Shown piece by piece: positions 9,581 to 20,839 of a stretch of 64,000 bases of DNA (the stretch's first letter is position 1; each line of letters starts with the position of its first letter). The translations under genes were made by a program, and so were the position numbers. The DNA is from an uncultured bacterium (GTDB lineage: Bacteria > Verrucomicrobiota > Verrucomicrobiia > Limisphaerales > UBA8199): positions 384,001 through 448,000 of the forward strand of contig CAVVMW010000015.1 in NCBI GenBank assembly GCA_963749495.1, written 5' to 3'. Below the pieces are notes generated by a model. That model saw only the letters and a program-made list of their open reading frames with translations, made no database searches and was not told where the DNA came from.

Positions 9581-11131
9581 ATGAAAAACGCATATTATTC
9601 GCTCCCGATCGTTGCGGCGTTGACGGCCATCAGCCTGCTGGGCATGGGGGGCGCAGGGTTCGGCGCCACCAGCGGCCCGGACAAGATTCGCCCAACCTTG
9701 GCCGTCACCTCTCCCACCGTCAACAGCTCCGGGACCAACGCCGTCATTACCGTGAAGGGCAAGGCCAAAGACAATGTGGCCGTGGCGTGCGTGTTTTATC
9801 GGCTCGACAGCGGCGACTGGACCCTGGCCACAACCACCAACCAATGGACCAACTGGACGGCCAACGTAACCCTCATCCCGGGCCTGAACACCCTCCAGGC
9901 CTACGCCACGGATACGAGCAACAACCCCTCTCTGACAAACACCGTGAAGTTCACGTACGTGGTGAACGTGCCGCTGGCGGTGCAAGTCAGTGGCCAGGGC
10001 ACGGTCAATCCAAACTACAACGGGAAAATGCTCCAGATCGGCAAGAGCTACACCATGACCGCCACGCCGAAGCCGGGCTTTGCGTTCACTCTGTGGACCG
10101 GCAGCCTGTCCACCAACAAGGCCACCCTTAAATTTACCATGGCGTCCGACCTCACCTTCACGGCTAATTTCGCGGACGTGCAGCGGCCGGTCCTGGCCAT
10201 CCTCTCTCCCAAGGCCAACGCAAAGGTGAGCACCCAGGGGCTCACCGTGACCGGCAAGGCCAGCGACAACGTCGGCGTGGTCTCGGTGTTCTATCAGCTC
10301 AACGACAGCGGATGGAACCAGGCGAACACGACCAACGGCTATACCAATTGGACGGCATCAGTGATCCTCCCCTCGGGCGCCTACACGATTCAGGCCTATG
10401 CCGAGGACGACGCCGGAAACAAGTCGCTGACCAACAGGGTGAAGTTCACCTATAGCTCAGGCGGCCCGCCGAGTGTTGGCTTGGCCCCAGACGCCATTTC
10501 CGGGTTGACCGCGCAAGTCGCGTCACCCGGCCAAACCGCCTTCACCGCCGCGTTCGGCTCCGGCACGTTCAGCCAGACCATGCTCCCCGGCACCAAGCTG
10601 GAAAACAATGCCGTCGGAACCTATACCTACCAGAAACTGGGATCCAGCAACGCGCTGCTCACGATCGTTGACACCGCGCCGCCGTCCAGGGCGAATCATA
10701 CCAGCACCGTGGGGCTCACGTTCACCGGGAGCAACGCCGCCACCTTCGCCACTACCAACCAGGATGGAACGGTCAACACCGGCACCATCAGCCTTGCCAA
10801 GGCGGCCAACACTGCGCCCGCCTCGATCAGCGGCAAGACGTTCCACTCCATTAGTGCTGTGGACGGCACCCATTACACGACCGTCTTTACCGGCACGACC
10901 GCAACCACCACGAGCCCGTCGGGGCAATCCTCCTCCGGCACCTATACCTACAAACAGTACAGCCCGGTCGGGGGCCTGTGCACGATAACCCTGACCCAAC
11001 CGGCAAGTGACGCAGGCGCTGTCAACTACGTCATCGTTACGCTCTCGGCCTCCAACGCAGGCACCTACTTCCAGGACATCATTGCGCCCGGAGGCGCCGA
11101 GCAAACTGACTACGGCACCATCGTGCCATAG
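9581..11131 (+). CDS. Secreted protein with repeated bacterial Ig-like and InlB B-repeat-like domains
   Basis: Signal peptide; two GKAxDNV..V.V.Y.L...W..A.TTN..TNWTA repeats; Y-T-M-T-A-T-P-K-P-G-F-A-F-T-L-W-T-G B-repeat motif. Confidence 0.85.
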   Translation: MKNAYYSLPIVAALTAISLLGMGGAGFGATSGPDKIRPTLAVTSPTVNSSGTNAVITVKGKAKDNVAVACVFYRLDSGDWTLATTTNQWTNWTANVTLIPGLNTLQAYATDTSNNPSLTNTVKFTYVVNVPLAVQVSGQGTVNPNYNGKMLQIGKSYTMTATPKPGFAFTLWTGSLSTNKATLKFTMASDLTFTANFADVQRPVLAILSPKANAKVSTQGLTVTGKASDNVGVVSVFYQLNDSGWNQANTTNGYTNWTASVILPSGAYTIQAYAEDDAGNKSLTNRVKFTYSSGGPPSVGLAPDAISGLTAQVASPGQTAFTAAFGSGTFSQTMLPGTKLENNAVGTYTYQKLGSSNALLTIVDTAPPSRANHTSTVGLTFTGSNAATFATTNQDGTVNTGTISLAKAANTAPASISGKTFHSISAVDGTHYTTVFTGTTATTTSPSGQSSSGTYTYKQYSPVGGLCTITLTQPASDAGAVNYVIVTLSASNAGTYFQDIIAPGGAEQTDYGTIVP

Positions 11132-11184
11132 GGGTTTCTCTGGAGGAACGGAAGGGACTAACGGGACAGAACCCCGCGCTCCCC

Positions 11185-13020
11185 TCACAGAGACAACAGG
11201 TACTCGACGAGGTCGGTCAGGTCCTGTTTGGAGAGGGGCGAGGTCCGGCCATGGCGGTCGCCGGGGTTTCGGGTGGTCAGCACCTCCAGCAATGTCGCGG
11301 CCGAGCCGTCGTGGAGGTAGGGCGCGGTGCGCCACAATTCCACCAGGGTCGGCGTGTCGAACTCGAGCGTGCCCTGGTCGGTCGGTCCGGCGGTGCCAAC
11401 ATCATAGGAGTTGAGGTCGGTGAACAGGCCCGGTTTGTGGCAGGAAGCGCAGGCGGCGTCGGGGCGGTTGAAGATGGCGCGCCCGCGCTGTGCGGCGGGG
11501 GAAAGCTGGCCTGCATCCAGGAATGGGCTGGGCATCGGTTGCAGGCTCTTGAGCCAGGCATCGATAGGAGCGGCGCGCTCTTCGGTGGGGACGGCGAAGA
11601 GGATGTGCTGGATGCCCGCCCGGACGGCCTGCTCGGCCGAGTAGCGGATCCCGGTGCTCATGGCCGGGGGCGTTCTATGGGAGAGCAACAGGCTCTTGGT
11701 GTTCTTGGGATTGCCCAGGCCGTCGTTGAGCAGGTCCCAGTTCAGGCCGTCCACGCGCGCATCCTCGGAGTGGCAACTGGCGCAGCTCTGCCAACCTTGA
11801 AAGCAGAGGGTGGCGTCGTTGAAGAGCCTCTCGCCCTGGCGCAGGTCGTCCATCGTTTTGGGCAACGGGCGCAGCGCCACCGGGGCTTGCGGGGCCGAAG
11901 GCCGCCCGGTCTCCAGGACCTCGAGTGTATCTGAAAAGTAGCCGGCCACATAGACGCGCTCCCCGGCTGCCGCCATGGCCCTGGGGCCATTGCCCCTGAG
12001 TTGAACCCGCTCCCGCAGCCCCACCACAAACGCCAGGTCGGATGCCGTCGTGTCCGCGTCCGGCTCGCCCGAGGCCCGCGCCCGCGCCTTGGCCAGTTTC
12101 CCGAGCAGGGCGGGGAAATCAATGGCGCTGACCTCGTGGGTGCCGGCGTGGGTGATGAACAACCGCCGACCGTCGCCGCTCCAGGCCACGGCCCATGGAT
12201 TGGCCGCGCCCCGATCCACTTCATCCAGGAGCACGGTCCCGAGCAGCTTCCTCTCCCGGGCATCGAGCAGCGTCAGCGCGCTGGTGTTCATCCAGCCCCG
12301 GTCCAGTTGCGTGGTCGGCACCTGGAAATGGCCCAGGTTGTGCGCCAGCGCGGCGTAGCGCCCGTCCGGTGAAATGCGCAACTCGCGCGCCAGGCTGCTC
12401 CCATTGGGCAGAGGCAACTCGCTCACCATCCGGCCCGACTGCAGCTCGACCACACCGACCGTGGCCGAGACCACGGGCGCATTGGCCGCGCCCGAGGGAA
12501 TGTGATGCGCCACCAGCAGGAATTTCCCATCGCCCGTGGGCGCCGCCGAGACCGGTTCGCGCCCAACGCGGATGCGCCGGGTCTCGCGCCGCGTGGCGGT
12601 GTCCCATAGGGCCACCTGGTTGTTGAACTTGAGGCAGACGTAGAGGGTCTTTCGGTCCGCTGAAAGGATGGGGTCCAGGGCCGTGTGCCCGGTGCGCGTT
12701 TGAGCGACGACAGCGCCTTGGGCGAGGTCGATCTCGCAGATCAGGCTCTCCGGGCCGGCACAGGTCACATACAAGCGCCCGCCATCCACCGCCAGACCCG
12801 AAGGCCGTCCCGGCACACGGTAACTCTGTGTGAGCCTGCCCTGCGCCAGGTCCAAGACCTCGATCCGCCCGGCGCAAGCGCCGGCGATATAAAGCCTCTT
12901 GCCATCTTCCGATAGTGCGATTGCCGCCTGCCTGAGCCATCCAGCCTGGTCTCCAACCCCTTCGGCCGCCGGGCGGGCGCCCCAAAGCGCGCCAAGGGTG
13001 AGGATAAAATACAGGCGCAT
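11185..13020 (-). CDS. YVTN beta-propeller fused to a diheme cytochrome c peroxidase/MauG-like domain
   Basis: Propeller repeats; GERLFND, SCASCH, KNTKSL, GRAIF..CASCH, FDTPTL.ELWRTAPYLHDGSA; ATG 13020. Confidence 0.85.
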   Translation of the reverse strand: MRLYFILTLGALWGARPAAEGVGDQAGWLRQAAIALSEDGKRLYIAGACAGRIEVLDLAQGRLTQSYRVPGRPSGLAVDGGRLYVTCAGPESLICEIDLAQGAVVAQTRTGHTALDPILSADRKTLYVCLKFNNQVALWDTATRRETRRIRVGREPVSAAPTGDGKFLLVAHHIPSGAANAPVVSATVGVVELQSGRMVSELPLPNGSSLARELRISPDGRYAALAHNLGHFQVPTTQLDRGWMNTSALTLLDARERKLLGTVLLDEVDRGAANPWAVAWSGDGRRLFITHAGTHEVSAIDFPALLGKLAKARARASGEPDADTTASDLAFVVGLRERVQLRGNGPRAMAAAGERVYVAGYFSDTLEVLETGRPSAPQAPVALRPLPKTMDDLRQGERLFNDATLCFQGWQSCASCHSEDARVDGLNWDLLNDGLGNPKNTKSLLLSHRTPPAMSTGIRYSAEQAVRAGIQHILFAVPTEERAAPIDAWLKSLQPMPSPFLDAGQLSPAAQRGRAIFNRPDAACASCHKPGLFTDLNSYDVGTAGPTDQGTLEFDTPTLVELWRTAPYLHDGSAATLLEVLTTRNPGDRHGRTSPLSKQDLTDLVEYLLSL

Positions 13021-13060
13021 GTAATGCCTCGGTGAAAGCGGGAGCGGCCCCGCAGGCCGA

Positions 13061-13236
13061 CCCCTCACCCCGGCCCTCTCCCCACCCGCTGCGACGGCGC
13101 GCCAGCGCGGCGAGTCGGATGGGGAGAGGGAGAATTCTCCGGAGCGGCTCGAGCAACCAGAGACGCCTGGAAGTGCAAGGGACTGCCGATGCCCCTCCCT
13201 CTCCCCTTCGGAAGGGGAGAGGGCTGGGGTGAGGGG
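13061..13236. repeat. CCCCTCACCCCGGCCCTCTCCCC-type palindromic repeat doublet
   Basis: CCCCTCACCCCGGCCCTCTCCCC..GGGGAGAGGG and CCCTCTCCCCTTCGGAAGGGGAGAGGGCTGGGGTGAGGGG in inverted arrangement. Confidence 0.8.
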
Positions 13237-13287
13237 TCCGCCGCGGACTCCGTCGCCGATTTCACTGACCGGGTACAGTCGCATCTG

Positions 13288-13527
13288 CTACCGTTTCGAC
13301 TTGCGCCGGGTCCGTCCGTCCGCAGGGGCTGGGATGTCTTCGAGACCCACGACGTGAAGCGGATCCAGGACGATGGCATAACCCCGCCGATCGGCGACCA
13401 CCACGGTGCGTGGCGTCAACAGGAGGAACTCCGGGTGAGGCACCGGATATTTATTGCCGCTGGACGTTGCGATGGCAAACGGGCGAAATCCATCCTTGAG
13501 GCGGGCGCGGATGAGCTCGACGTTCAC
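13288..13527 (-). CDS. Small hypothetical protein (79 aa)
   Basis: GTG start; FRPF....SG..Y.VPHPE motif typical of small PVC-group proteins. Confidence 0.65.
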   Translation of the reverse strand: MNVELIRARLKDGFRPFAIATSSGNKYPVPHPEFLLLTPRTVVVADRRGYAIVLDPLHVVGLEDIPAPADGRTRRKSKR

Positions 13528-13546
13528 GCCTGAAGTGTCGCTATAT

Positions 13547-15427
13547 TCAGGACCCCTTGTCAAGTTTGACGTCAAAACCCATCGGCTGAAGGTTCGAGCC
13601 GTCGGGCATCGGCCAGGGAGCCGGGCCGAAATTGACGGTGACAACCTGGCCGTTGGCGAAGACGGTTTGTTGAACGGACCGATCGGGCTTGAGGAAGCGG
13701 TGATCGAGCATCTCGGCGTAGCCGGCCTGGCGCGCGTAAGGGCAGGTGTTGCGGTAGCTCTGCGCGAAGCGCGCCTTGTCCCGGGTCCAGGAGTTGCGGT
13801 CGAACATGAACATCGGGGGCGTGCCGTAGAGGACGTTGAACAAGTCGCGCTTGTCCCAGAGGGCGGGCAGCTTGTTGCTGTAATCGCCCCAGTACCACTG
13901 GGCCACGGTGCAGTCGTGATAGACCAGTTCCCACAAGGGGAGCCGGCAGGCCTGGCCGAGTTGGTACTTGGCCACCGCCTCCGGCACATTGGTCCAGAGG
14001 ACGTTCATCCGCCGGCCGGCATCCGGCACCCGGTAAGGGCCCAGGCTGAGCATCCCCTCGAAATAGTGCAGGAAGGGCACCGAGGCATCATGGCCGGTCT
14101 CGCAGCCGGTGACCAGCTTCAGGTCCTCGGACATGTACCGCAGCAACTCCATCTTCCACCGCTTGCTCTCGGTCCGGGTCATCGGGTGGTTGGTGCTGTA
14201 GCACTCGTGCCAGGGGGCGGCGGTGGTGGTGTCGATGAACCGGCACTTGTAGGGATGGGTGGCCAGGTCGGCAGGGACGCGCTCGCGCGCGTAGTCCGGG
14301 GCGCGGCGGTCGCAAATCACCCCGCAGTAGATCATCGAGCCGTCGCGCGCCTCGACGCCCCACCCCTTGATCCATTGGCCGCTGGGGCCCAGGATGAGGT
14401 CGTTGGGCCAGGCGGCGGTGGTCCAATCGGGGTGGACGCCGCGCAATTTGGGGAACTGGGCCGGGTCCATGACGTCCTGGTAGATGTCGTAGCGGCTGGT
14501 GAGCACGCCCAGGTCGTTGAGCGCGCGCAGGTTGTCGGGCGGCTGCTGGTTGCTCCAGAGGATGTGCTGGATGCCTGCCGCCTGCATCTCCTTGACAATG
14601 CTCACTGCGTTGCGCTCCCAGCACCAGACGTTGACGGCGCCGATGAGCAGGTCCACGTTCGGGTTGAGGCGGCGCTTCTGGTCCAGTGTCTTGAGCAGGC
14701 CCGCCTGTTTGGCGTAGGCGCGGTAGCGCTTGGCCATAGCGACGTGGCCCCCGCGGTCCAAGAAGATGTAGCGCAGCCTGCGCGGGTAACCGAAGGCCTG
14801 CCTCTGCGGGTCCCACTCGGGCGCGATCACCAGCCGCCCGTCTATCCGGCGCATCTGGATGGCCGCGTCATCGGGCGTCTCGATAATCGCCATCTGCCCG
14901 GCCTGGCCGTCGGTAACGCCCCAGAAGGCCATGCAGATGCCGTGGCCGCCATAGGCGATGAGCCGGTGCAGCGGAACGGCCGCATCCTCGACCGGGTAGG
15001 AAATCCCCTCGTTCATAGGGACGACCAGGTAATCCCCGGGCGCAGTCTCGAAAGGGCAGGGAAACCGCAGCGGGGAGCCCAATTGGCCTGCAGCGGCCAA
15101 TTCCAGCGTCACCTCCGGCTGGTCAGCCAGCACCTCGACGCGGCCTGTCATTTCCAGACCGGAGGGCGTATGAACCAGGCGCATTCGAATCTGGTTGCCC
15201 TCTACCGCCGCGCCGCTCATGACGATGCCTGGGCCCTGCGGCTTCTGGGTCCAGTCGCGCCCGGTGCGCGAGTCGTGCACCCTCAGGGTCGCAGTCGAGG
15301 CCGACAAGGTCACCTTCAACCACGGGTTGGTCACCTCCAGGGCGGCCTCCAAAGGGCCATCGGTCAATGAGGCGCCCTGGGCCGCCGCACAGGCCAGGAG
15401 CGGAATGAGAGCGTAAGTGATCTTCAC
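13547..15427 (-). CDS. Secreted glycoside hydrolase, GH129/DUF5696-like
   Basis: Signal peptide; YGGHGICMAFWG, YDIYQD, FIDTTTA, GCETG, LPLWELVYHD motifs. Confidence 0.7.
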   Translation of the reverse strand: MKITYALIPLLACAAAQGASLTDGPLEAALEVTNPWLKVTLSASTATLRVHDSRTGRDWTQKPQGPGIVMSGAAVEGNQIRMRLVHTPSGLEMTGRVEVLADQPEVTLELAAAGQLGSPLRFPCPFETAPGDYLVVPMNEGISYPVEDAAVPLHRLIAYGGHGICMAFWGVTDGQAGQMAIIETPDDAAIQMRRIDGRLVIAPEWDPQRQAFGYPRRLRYIFLDRGGHVAMAKRYRAYAKQAGLLKTLDQKRRLNPNVDLLIGAVNVWCWERNAVSIVKEMQAAGIQHILWSNQQPPDNLRALNDLGVLTSRYDIYQDVMDPAQFPKLRGVHPDWTTAAWPNDLILGPSGQWIKGWGVEARDGSMIYCGVICDRRAPDYARERVPADLATHPYKCRFIDTTTAAPWHECYSTNHPMTRTESKRWKMELLRYMSEDLKLVTGCETGHDASVPFLHYFEGMLSLGPYRVPDAGRRMNVLWTNVPEAVAKYQLGQACRLPLWELVYHDCTVAQWYWGDYSNKLPALWDKRDLFNVLYGTPPMFMFDRNSWTRDKARFAQSYRNTCPYARQAGYAEMLDHRFLKPDRSVQQTVFANGQVVTVNFGPAPWPMPDGSNLQPMGFDVKLDKGS

Positions 15428-15473
15428 GCCGGCATTCTATAGAACCGGCGGTCCAATGTCGTGCAGAAAGCTC

Positions 15474-15695
15474 ATCCCGGAGGGATGAAAGATGGTAGCC
15501 GGGGGTCGAAGCGTAGCGAGACCCCCGGTCCAAGGTTGATACCTCTCTGCATCCCGGAGGGATGCCAGAAGGAAGCTCGGGCGCCCGGCCGCTGGCTTCT
15601 GGCACCCCCTGCGGGGTGCAGGATCCTTCCCACCCTTGACCGGGGGTCACCGCTGCGCGGCGACCCCCGGCTACCATCTGGCAACCCTCCGGGTT
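15474..15695. repeat. Multi-hairpin REP-like element (GGTAGCCGGGGGTC family)
   Basis: GGTAGCCGGGGGTC..GACCCCCGG, GCATCCCGGAGGGATGC, GCACCCCCTGCGGGGTGC, CCGGGGGTC..GACCCCCGGCTACC; symmetric ends. Confidence 0.8.
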
Positions 15696-15745
15696 GCCGT
15701 GGGTTGCGACAAAGGTCTGCCCGTGCCAGGGCTGTGGGGCAGGGT

Positions 15746-18700
15746 CTAAGGCGGCACGAGTTTCTGGAACTCGGGCATTTGGCGCATGCCGTTGAAGCGG
15801 GCGTCCTTGCGGCATTGAGCCAAGAGGTCAAGGGCCTTGGGGGTGTGCTTGAGCCGTTCAGCGCTCAGTTGGAGGGCTTTGTTGAGCGGGGCCAGGGCCT
15901 CGGCGGGCTTGCCGAGGAATGCCTTGAGGCCGGCCAGGTCGTACCAGGCCTCCGGATTGCCGGGTTCGACCTTGACGAAGCGATCCAGAGTGGCCTCGAG
16001 CTTAGGATAGTTCTGCATCTGCATGAAGACGTTGGCGACCAGGAGGAGGGCCTGGCCCTGGGCATAGGGGCTCTGGACGATGCCGTCGAGGATCTGGATG
16101 GCGCGGCCGGTTTGCTGCATCTGCATGTAGGTCCCGGCCAGGTCGAAGGCGGCCTGGAGGGCGGCGGGATTGGTGCGGACCTGGTCTTCGGCGGCCGAGA
16201 GGTTTTTGCGGGCCTCGTCGAAGCGGGCCTGGTTGGCCTTGATGGTGAGCAGGTCATCCCGGAGCTTGGCGACCTGGCCATTGTAGGGGTCCAGCGTGAG
16301 GCAGGTCGAGGCGATGAGGATGGCGTCGTCGGTGCGCAGGAGTTGGAGGAGCAACTGGACGTAGCGGAACACGGCCTCGGGGCTGTAGGGGCAGAAGGCG
16401 AAGGCCTGGAGGAAGGTGAACTCGGCCTCGCGGATCAGGGCGTCGCGCTCGGGCGGTGTCTTGGGTTGGTATTCGAGGGGGATGCCCGGACTGAGGCGCC
16501 AGGCATAGACGCCGCCGATCGAACTGCGCAGTTTCGAGAAGGCCTTTTGGCCGTCGTTGTCGCGGACGAACTTGAGGTCGCCGGTGAAGCCGTTGTAGTC
16601 GTGGCGCAGGTAGGTCTTTGTGACCCAATCGGTGACCTGCTTGACGGTGGTGCCATAATCGATGAAATCGCCGGTCAAGCGCTTGGAGTATTGCTTCCAG
16701 AAGAGGTGGTCGCGGTCGAGCGCGTCCTGGGGCATGGAGGGCAGCGGGTTGCGATTGATCTTCATGATGACGCCGTAGGGCGTCAGGTAGGGGTACATCC
16801 AGTCCAGCGGGAAGCTTTCCTCGACGAAGAACTCGTTCTTGGGGTTGTGGTCGAAGATGACCTTGGTGAGCAGGCCGTTGATGGACATGACGGCGACCTG
16901 GCCGGAGACCTGGACGCGGTTGTCCATGATCTTGACGTCCTCCCCCTGGCGGACTTGTTTGGCTCGTTGGGCAATTGCGCGTCATGAGTCAGCCGCTTTT
17001 GGGCGTCGGCCATGTACTCCTGGAAGCACCTCTGCGAATCGTCGGGCGAGGGGCAGTAGATCTCGCGGTCGGGATAGACCCCGCCCAGGCTCTTGGCGAT
17101 GTATTCGGGGTAAGCGGCCTCCAGCAGGAGCCGGTTGAGGCGGACGCGGGTATGGCTTTGTGGATTCTGGGCGATGAAGTCGGTGAGGTACTCCGAGAGG
17201 CGCACCTCTTTGAACCGCTCGGGCGTGTAGAAGGGGCCGACGCTCGACAGGCCGGCAATTCCCTTGGCGAGTGCCTCCTGTTTGCGGTGGAGGCGCGCGG
17301 AGGTGCTGCCCTCCAGGATTTCCTGGTCGATGGCCGCTTTCTCGACCTGTTTTTCGGCGATCTGTTGTTTGAGAGCCAGTTCGCGCTCCAGGAGGCGGTT
17401 GAAGTCGCGGGCCAGGCCGCGGGCCAGGGCGGCATCATGGCCTTTGCCCGAGAGGAGCTGGCGGGTGGCCGGGCTGAGGTTATCGGAGAGGTACTTCGAG
17501 AGCGGGTCCCTGGCTTCGCGCAGCTTGACTCGAAGGGCGGGGAGGTCGGTGATGTCCTTGGCGGTGAACCAGGAGGTGAAGGTGCGCCGGCGTTTCTCGA
17601 TGTGGTCGCCCAAGGCCGTGAAGACGGTGTCGAGCGGCCTGACGGCCCGGGCCAGGAAATTGGTCTCCCAGTCCCTGTCGCCCAGGGCGTAGCGGACAAC
17701 GTCCTGGAAGAAGGGGGGAGGGTTTTCCGCGCTGCGGTTGTAATGGGCGCGGATGTAATTGAGGTAGGTGCCGTCGGCCAGGGCGTTTTGGGTAATGATA
17801 TAAACATCGCGGCGGTCGAACTTCTGGTCTTGGGCGGGCTGGCACTCATGGGGAGTGAAGCTCTCGACAAAGATCATGTAAGTGGGACAGAACCGGCCGG
17901 GGTCGGTGCCGCCGAACAGGACGGCGTCCTTGGTCATTTCCGGGTAGATCGGTTTGCCGTCATGGGCTTTGAAGGGCGGGGTGAACATGTCGTGGCCGAA
18001 CCAATAGCCAAACCAGTGGTTGTGCTGCTCGCTCTCCCAGAGATGGGCCATGAGCGAATAGAGCGGCATGGAGGCAAAGAGGCCCAGGGTGACCAAGAGC
18101 GGGCCGCGCCGGCGATAAACCAGCAGCGTGACGACGAAGGCGAAGGCGATGCCCACCAGCAGGAGGCTGGCGAAGACAGGCAGGCCCTCCTGGTTCTTGC
18201 CAAAGGCAACCCCGATCCAGTGGGGCAGATCTCCGAAATTGATGTGGCCGGCCAGGCCCCCATAGTGCTTGCCGGTCTCCTCCCACAGACACCAGATGGC
18301 CAGACCGAAGGCCAGGCCCCCACCCGCCACGCCCCAGGGGCGAAAGCGCCCGTAATGGGTGGCCAGGTAGGCCGCCGTCAGCGCCAGCCCGTAGCCGATC
18401 AGGCAGGCGACGATCGTGTGCGAGGAATTGAAGAACACCCGGATCAACTCGGCCGAGGCGCGGTCATGCGTGGGGTTCATCAGGATCATCATCAGCACGC
18501 CCAGGAAGAAGTACATGCCCGAGAGGCTGATGATCCAGGCCCGCTCGCGTTTCTGCATCTTGAGGAAGAACAGGAAGGGCACCAGGGCGATGAACATATA
18601 AACCCAGGTGAGTTCGTCGGCGATGCCCTCGACGAGCATGCCCAACTGGCCCAGGAAGACCATCGGGTGGGCAACCAGATTGGTTGGGTTGGGCTGTTCG

Positions 18701-19869
18701 TATTGACCGCGGGTCAGGGCATGCCAGAAGCCCTCGCGGGTGCGGGGGTAACCCCATTGCATCGGCGGGTTGGTCATGCCCGCCAGCGGCTCGTAGAGGT
18801 AAAAGGAGACGCCCACGAACCAAAGCACCGCCATGATGAGGACCGGCAGCCATTCGCTGCCCAGGGCCTTGGTCCGGTAGGTCAGCCAGATGCAGGCCAG
18901 GAGCGAGCCGATGCCCACCCCGTTGAAGAGGAAGAGCAACCCCGGTTTGGCGCCGATATTCTGGAAGGGGTGGATCTCGCCTTTGAGTTCGAACACCAGC
19001 CAGTAGAGCAGGTAGAGGATGAAGTTGCCCAGGAACACGTCGCGCCCGAGCTTGGGATTGCCCGCGGCCAGGGTGAGTTCGAAACCCAGGGCGGCCACAA
19101 TCAGGCTCTGGTGCATCGTATAGCAGATGCCGAAGATAAAGGCCGCCCAGTAGGCATAGCGCAACTGGTGCGGGGCATAGATCCAGCGCATCAGAAAGAG
19201 CAGCATCAGCAGAAAGATCGGCACGCTGGCGACCGCGATGCGATTGACCGCCACCGATTCCCGCCACATGAAACCGTCGAAACCGACCAGCAGGCCCGCC
19301 ACGCAGCCCGAGACCATGCAGATCGCGCTCTCCCACTTGCCGGTCATGTTCCGCAACTCCTCGATGCCTTCCATGAGCATGCTGCTGCCGCGCGAGACCA
19401 GCAGCGCCATCAGGGCTGCCGCGACCGACCCCGCGAAGGCCTCCGCCAGCCCCACACGCCAGGCCATGTTCCCAAACGGCACCAACTGGGTCCATAGCCA
19501 GCTATAAATCGTCCACACCGGGTAGCCCGGCGGATGCGGAATGCCGGCGTAAAAGGACCCCGTCACCAACTCGCCCGAGTCCTCCAGCGTCAACTCCGGC
19601 GCCAGGCCCAGGCAATAGACCACCGCCACGACGGCGAACGTCAGGCTCGCCGCCAGCCAGTCCACCTTCCGGAACAACGGCCCCGTCTTCACGGGGGCCG
19701 CCGCAGCGGGGCGCGTCCGGGGTGCCCCGGCCACCGGCGCGACTGCCGTGCTCGTTGGCCCTCCGGGCACCGGCCCCGGCCCCTTCGACATCCCTGGCGC
19801 AGGCACCGTTGAGGGCTGCCCCTTGGGCGCCCCGGCGCCTGCGCGCTCCCTGTTCTTCACATTTGCCAT
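15746..19869 (-). CDS. DUF2723 (TMEM260-like) membrane glycosyltransferase with C-terminal TPRs; frameshift near 16950
   Basis: LEDSGEL..GIPHPPGYP, many TM helices, FGGTDPGRF, TQNALADGTY; ORF 15746-16927 continues the protein into TPR repeats. Confidence 0.85.
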
Positions 19870-20003
19870 ATCACTGTCTCTGGAAGATCGCAGCTTTCCT
19901 AAGCATAGACACCATACTCAATGAGATTTGTGTGTGTATAGAGAAAATAATGGAAACCCGGCTCAGGGTCTGGCAGTTTGAGGCGAATCACAAAAGGCCT
20001 CTC

Positions 20004-20834
20004 ATGTACAAAATAATTGGAGCGGACGGTCAGCCATACGGGCCGGTGAGCGCGGACCAACTGCGGCGCTGGATCGCCGAATACCGTGTGAACGCCCAGA
20101 CGCTCGCCCAGGCCGAAGGCTCCCAGGAATGGAAGCCGCTGGGCAGCTTTGCGGAATTCGCCGAACTCTCGAAGGCGGCGCCACCGCCGGCCCCGGGCGC
20201 CACGCCCGGGCCCTCCAGGCCGGGCGCGGAGGAGTTGGCGGAGGAGATCCTGGCCGCCGATTATACCCTGGACATCGGGAGTTGCCTGGCGCGAAGCTGG
20301 GGTTTGCTGACCCGCCATTTCTGGCTGATCGTGGGGGCCTCTTTCGTGCTTTGGCTCATCGCGGGCGCCGTCGGCGGGTTGCTGGCCGGCGTCTGCATGG
20401 GCGGCCTTTATTTTCTGCTGTTGAAGCTCATACGCGGCGAACGCGCTGAATTTGGCGATGCCTTTGGGGGTTTCAGCCTGGCCTTCCTGCACCTCTTCCT
20501 GGCGTGGTTGGTCTCCGTCATCCTGGTCACGATCGGGCTCGCGTTCTGCATCCTGCCCGGCATCTACCTCGTTGTGGCCTGGGTCTTTGCCGTGCCGCTG
20601 GTCATTGACAAGCGATTCGAGTTCTGGGAAGCGATGGAACTGAGCCGCAAGGTCGTCACGCGCCACTGGTGGCTGGTTCTTGGGCTGTTGCTGGTGAACT
20701 TGCTGGTGCTCCTGCTGGGCGTGGCGGCCTGCGTCGTCGGTGCCTTCATCGCCCACCCAATCGCCTATGGCGCCATCGCTTATGCTTACGAGGACATCTT
20801 CGGCCGCCTGCCGCCCAGCGGCGCCCAGGCGTGA
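20004..20834 (+). CDS. GYF_2 (DUF4339) domain membrane protein
   Basis: YKIIGADGQPYGPVSADQLRRWIAE..W.PL followed by several TM helices. Confidence 0.85.
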   Translation: MYKIIGADGQPYGPVSADQLRRWIAEYRVNAQTLAQAEGSQEWKPLGSFAEFAELSKAAPPPAPGATPGPSRPGAEELAEEILAADYTLDIGSCLARSWGLLTRHFWLIVGASFVLWLIAGAVGGLLAGVCMGGLYFLLLKLIRGERAEFGDAFGGFSLAFLHLFLAWLVSVILVTIGLAFCILPGIYLVVAWVFAVPLVIDKRFEFWEAMELSRKVVTRHWWLVLGLLLVNLLVLLLGVAACVVGAFIAHPIAYGAIAYAYEDIFGRLPPSGAQA

Positions 20835-20839
20835 GGGGG

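Noticed and set aside
6762..13020. Evidence of anammox metabolism
   Set aside because: Distant HZS-like architecture only; no hzsCBA operon order, no HAO/HDH genes, heterotroph-like context
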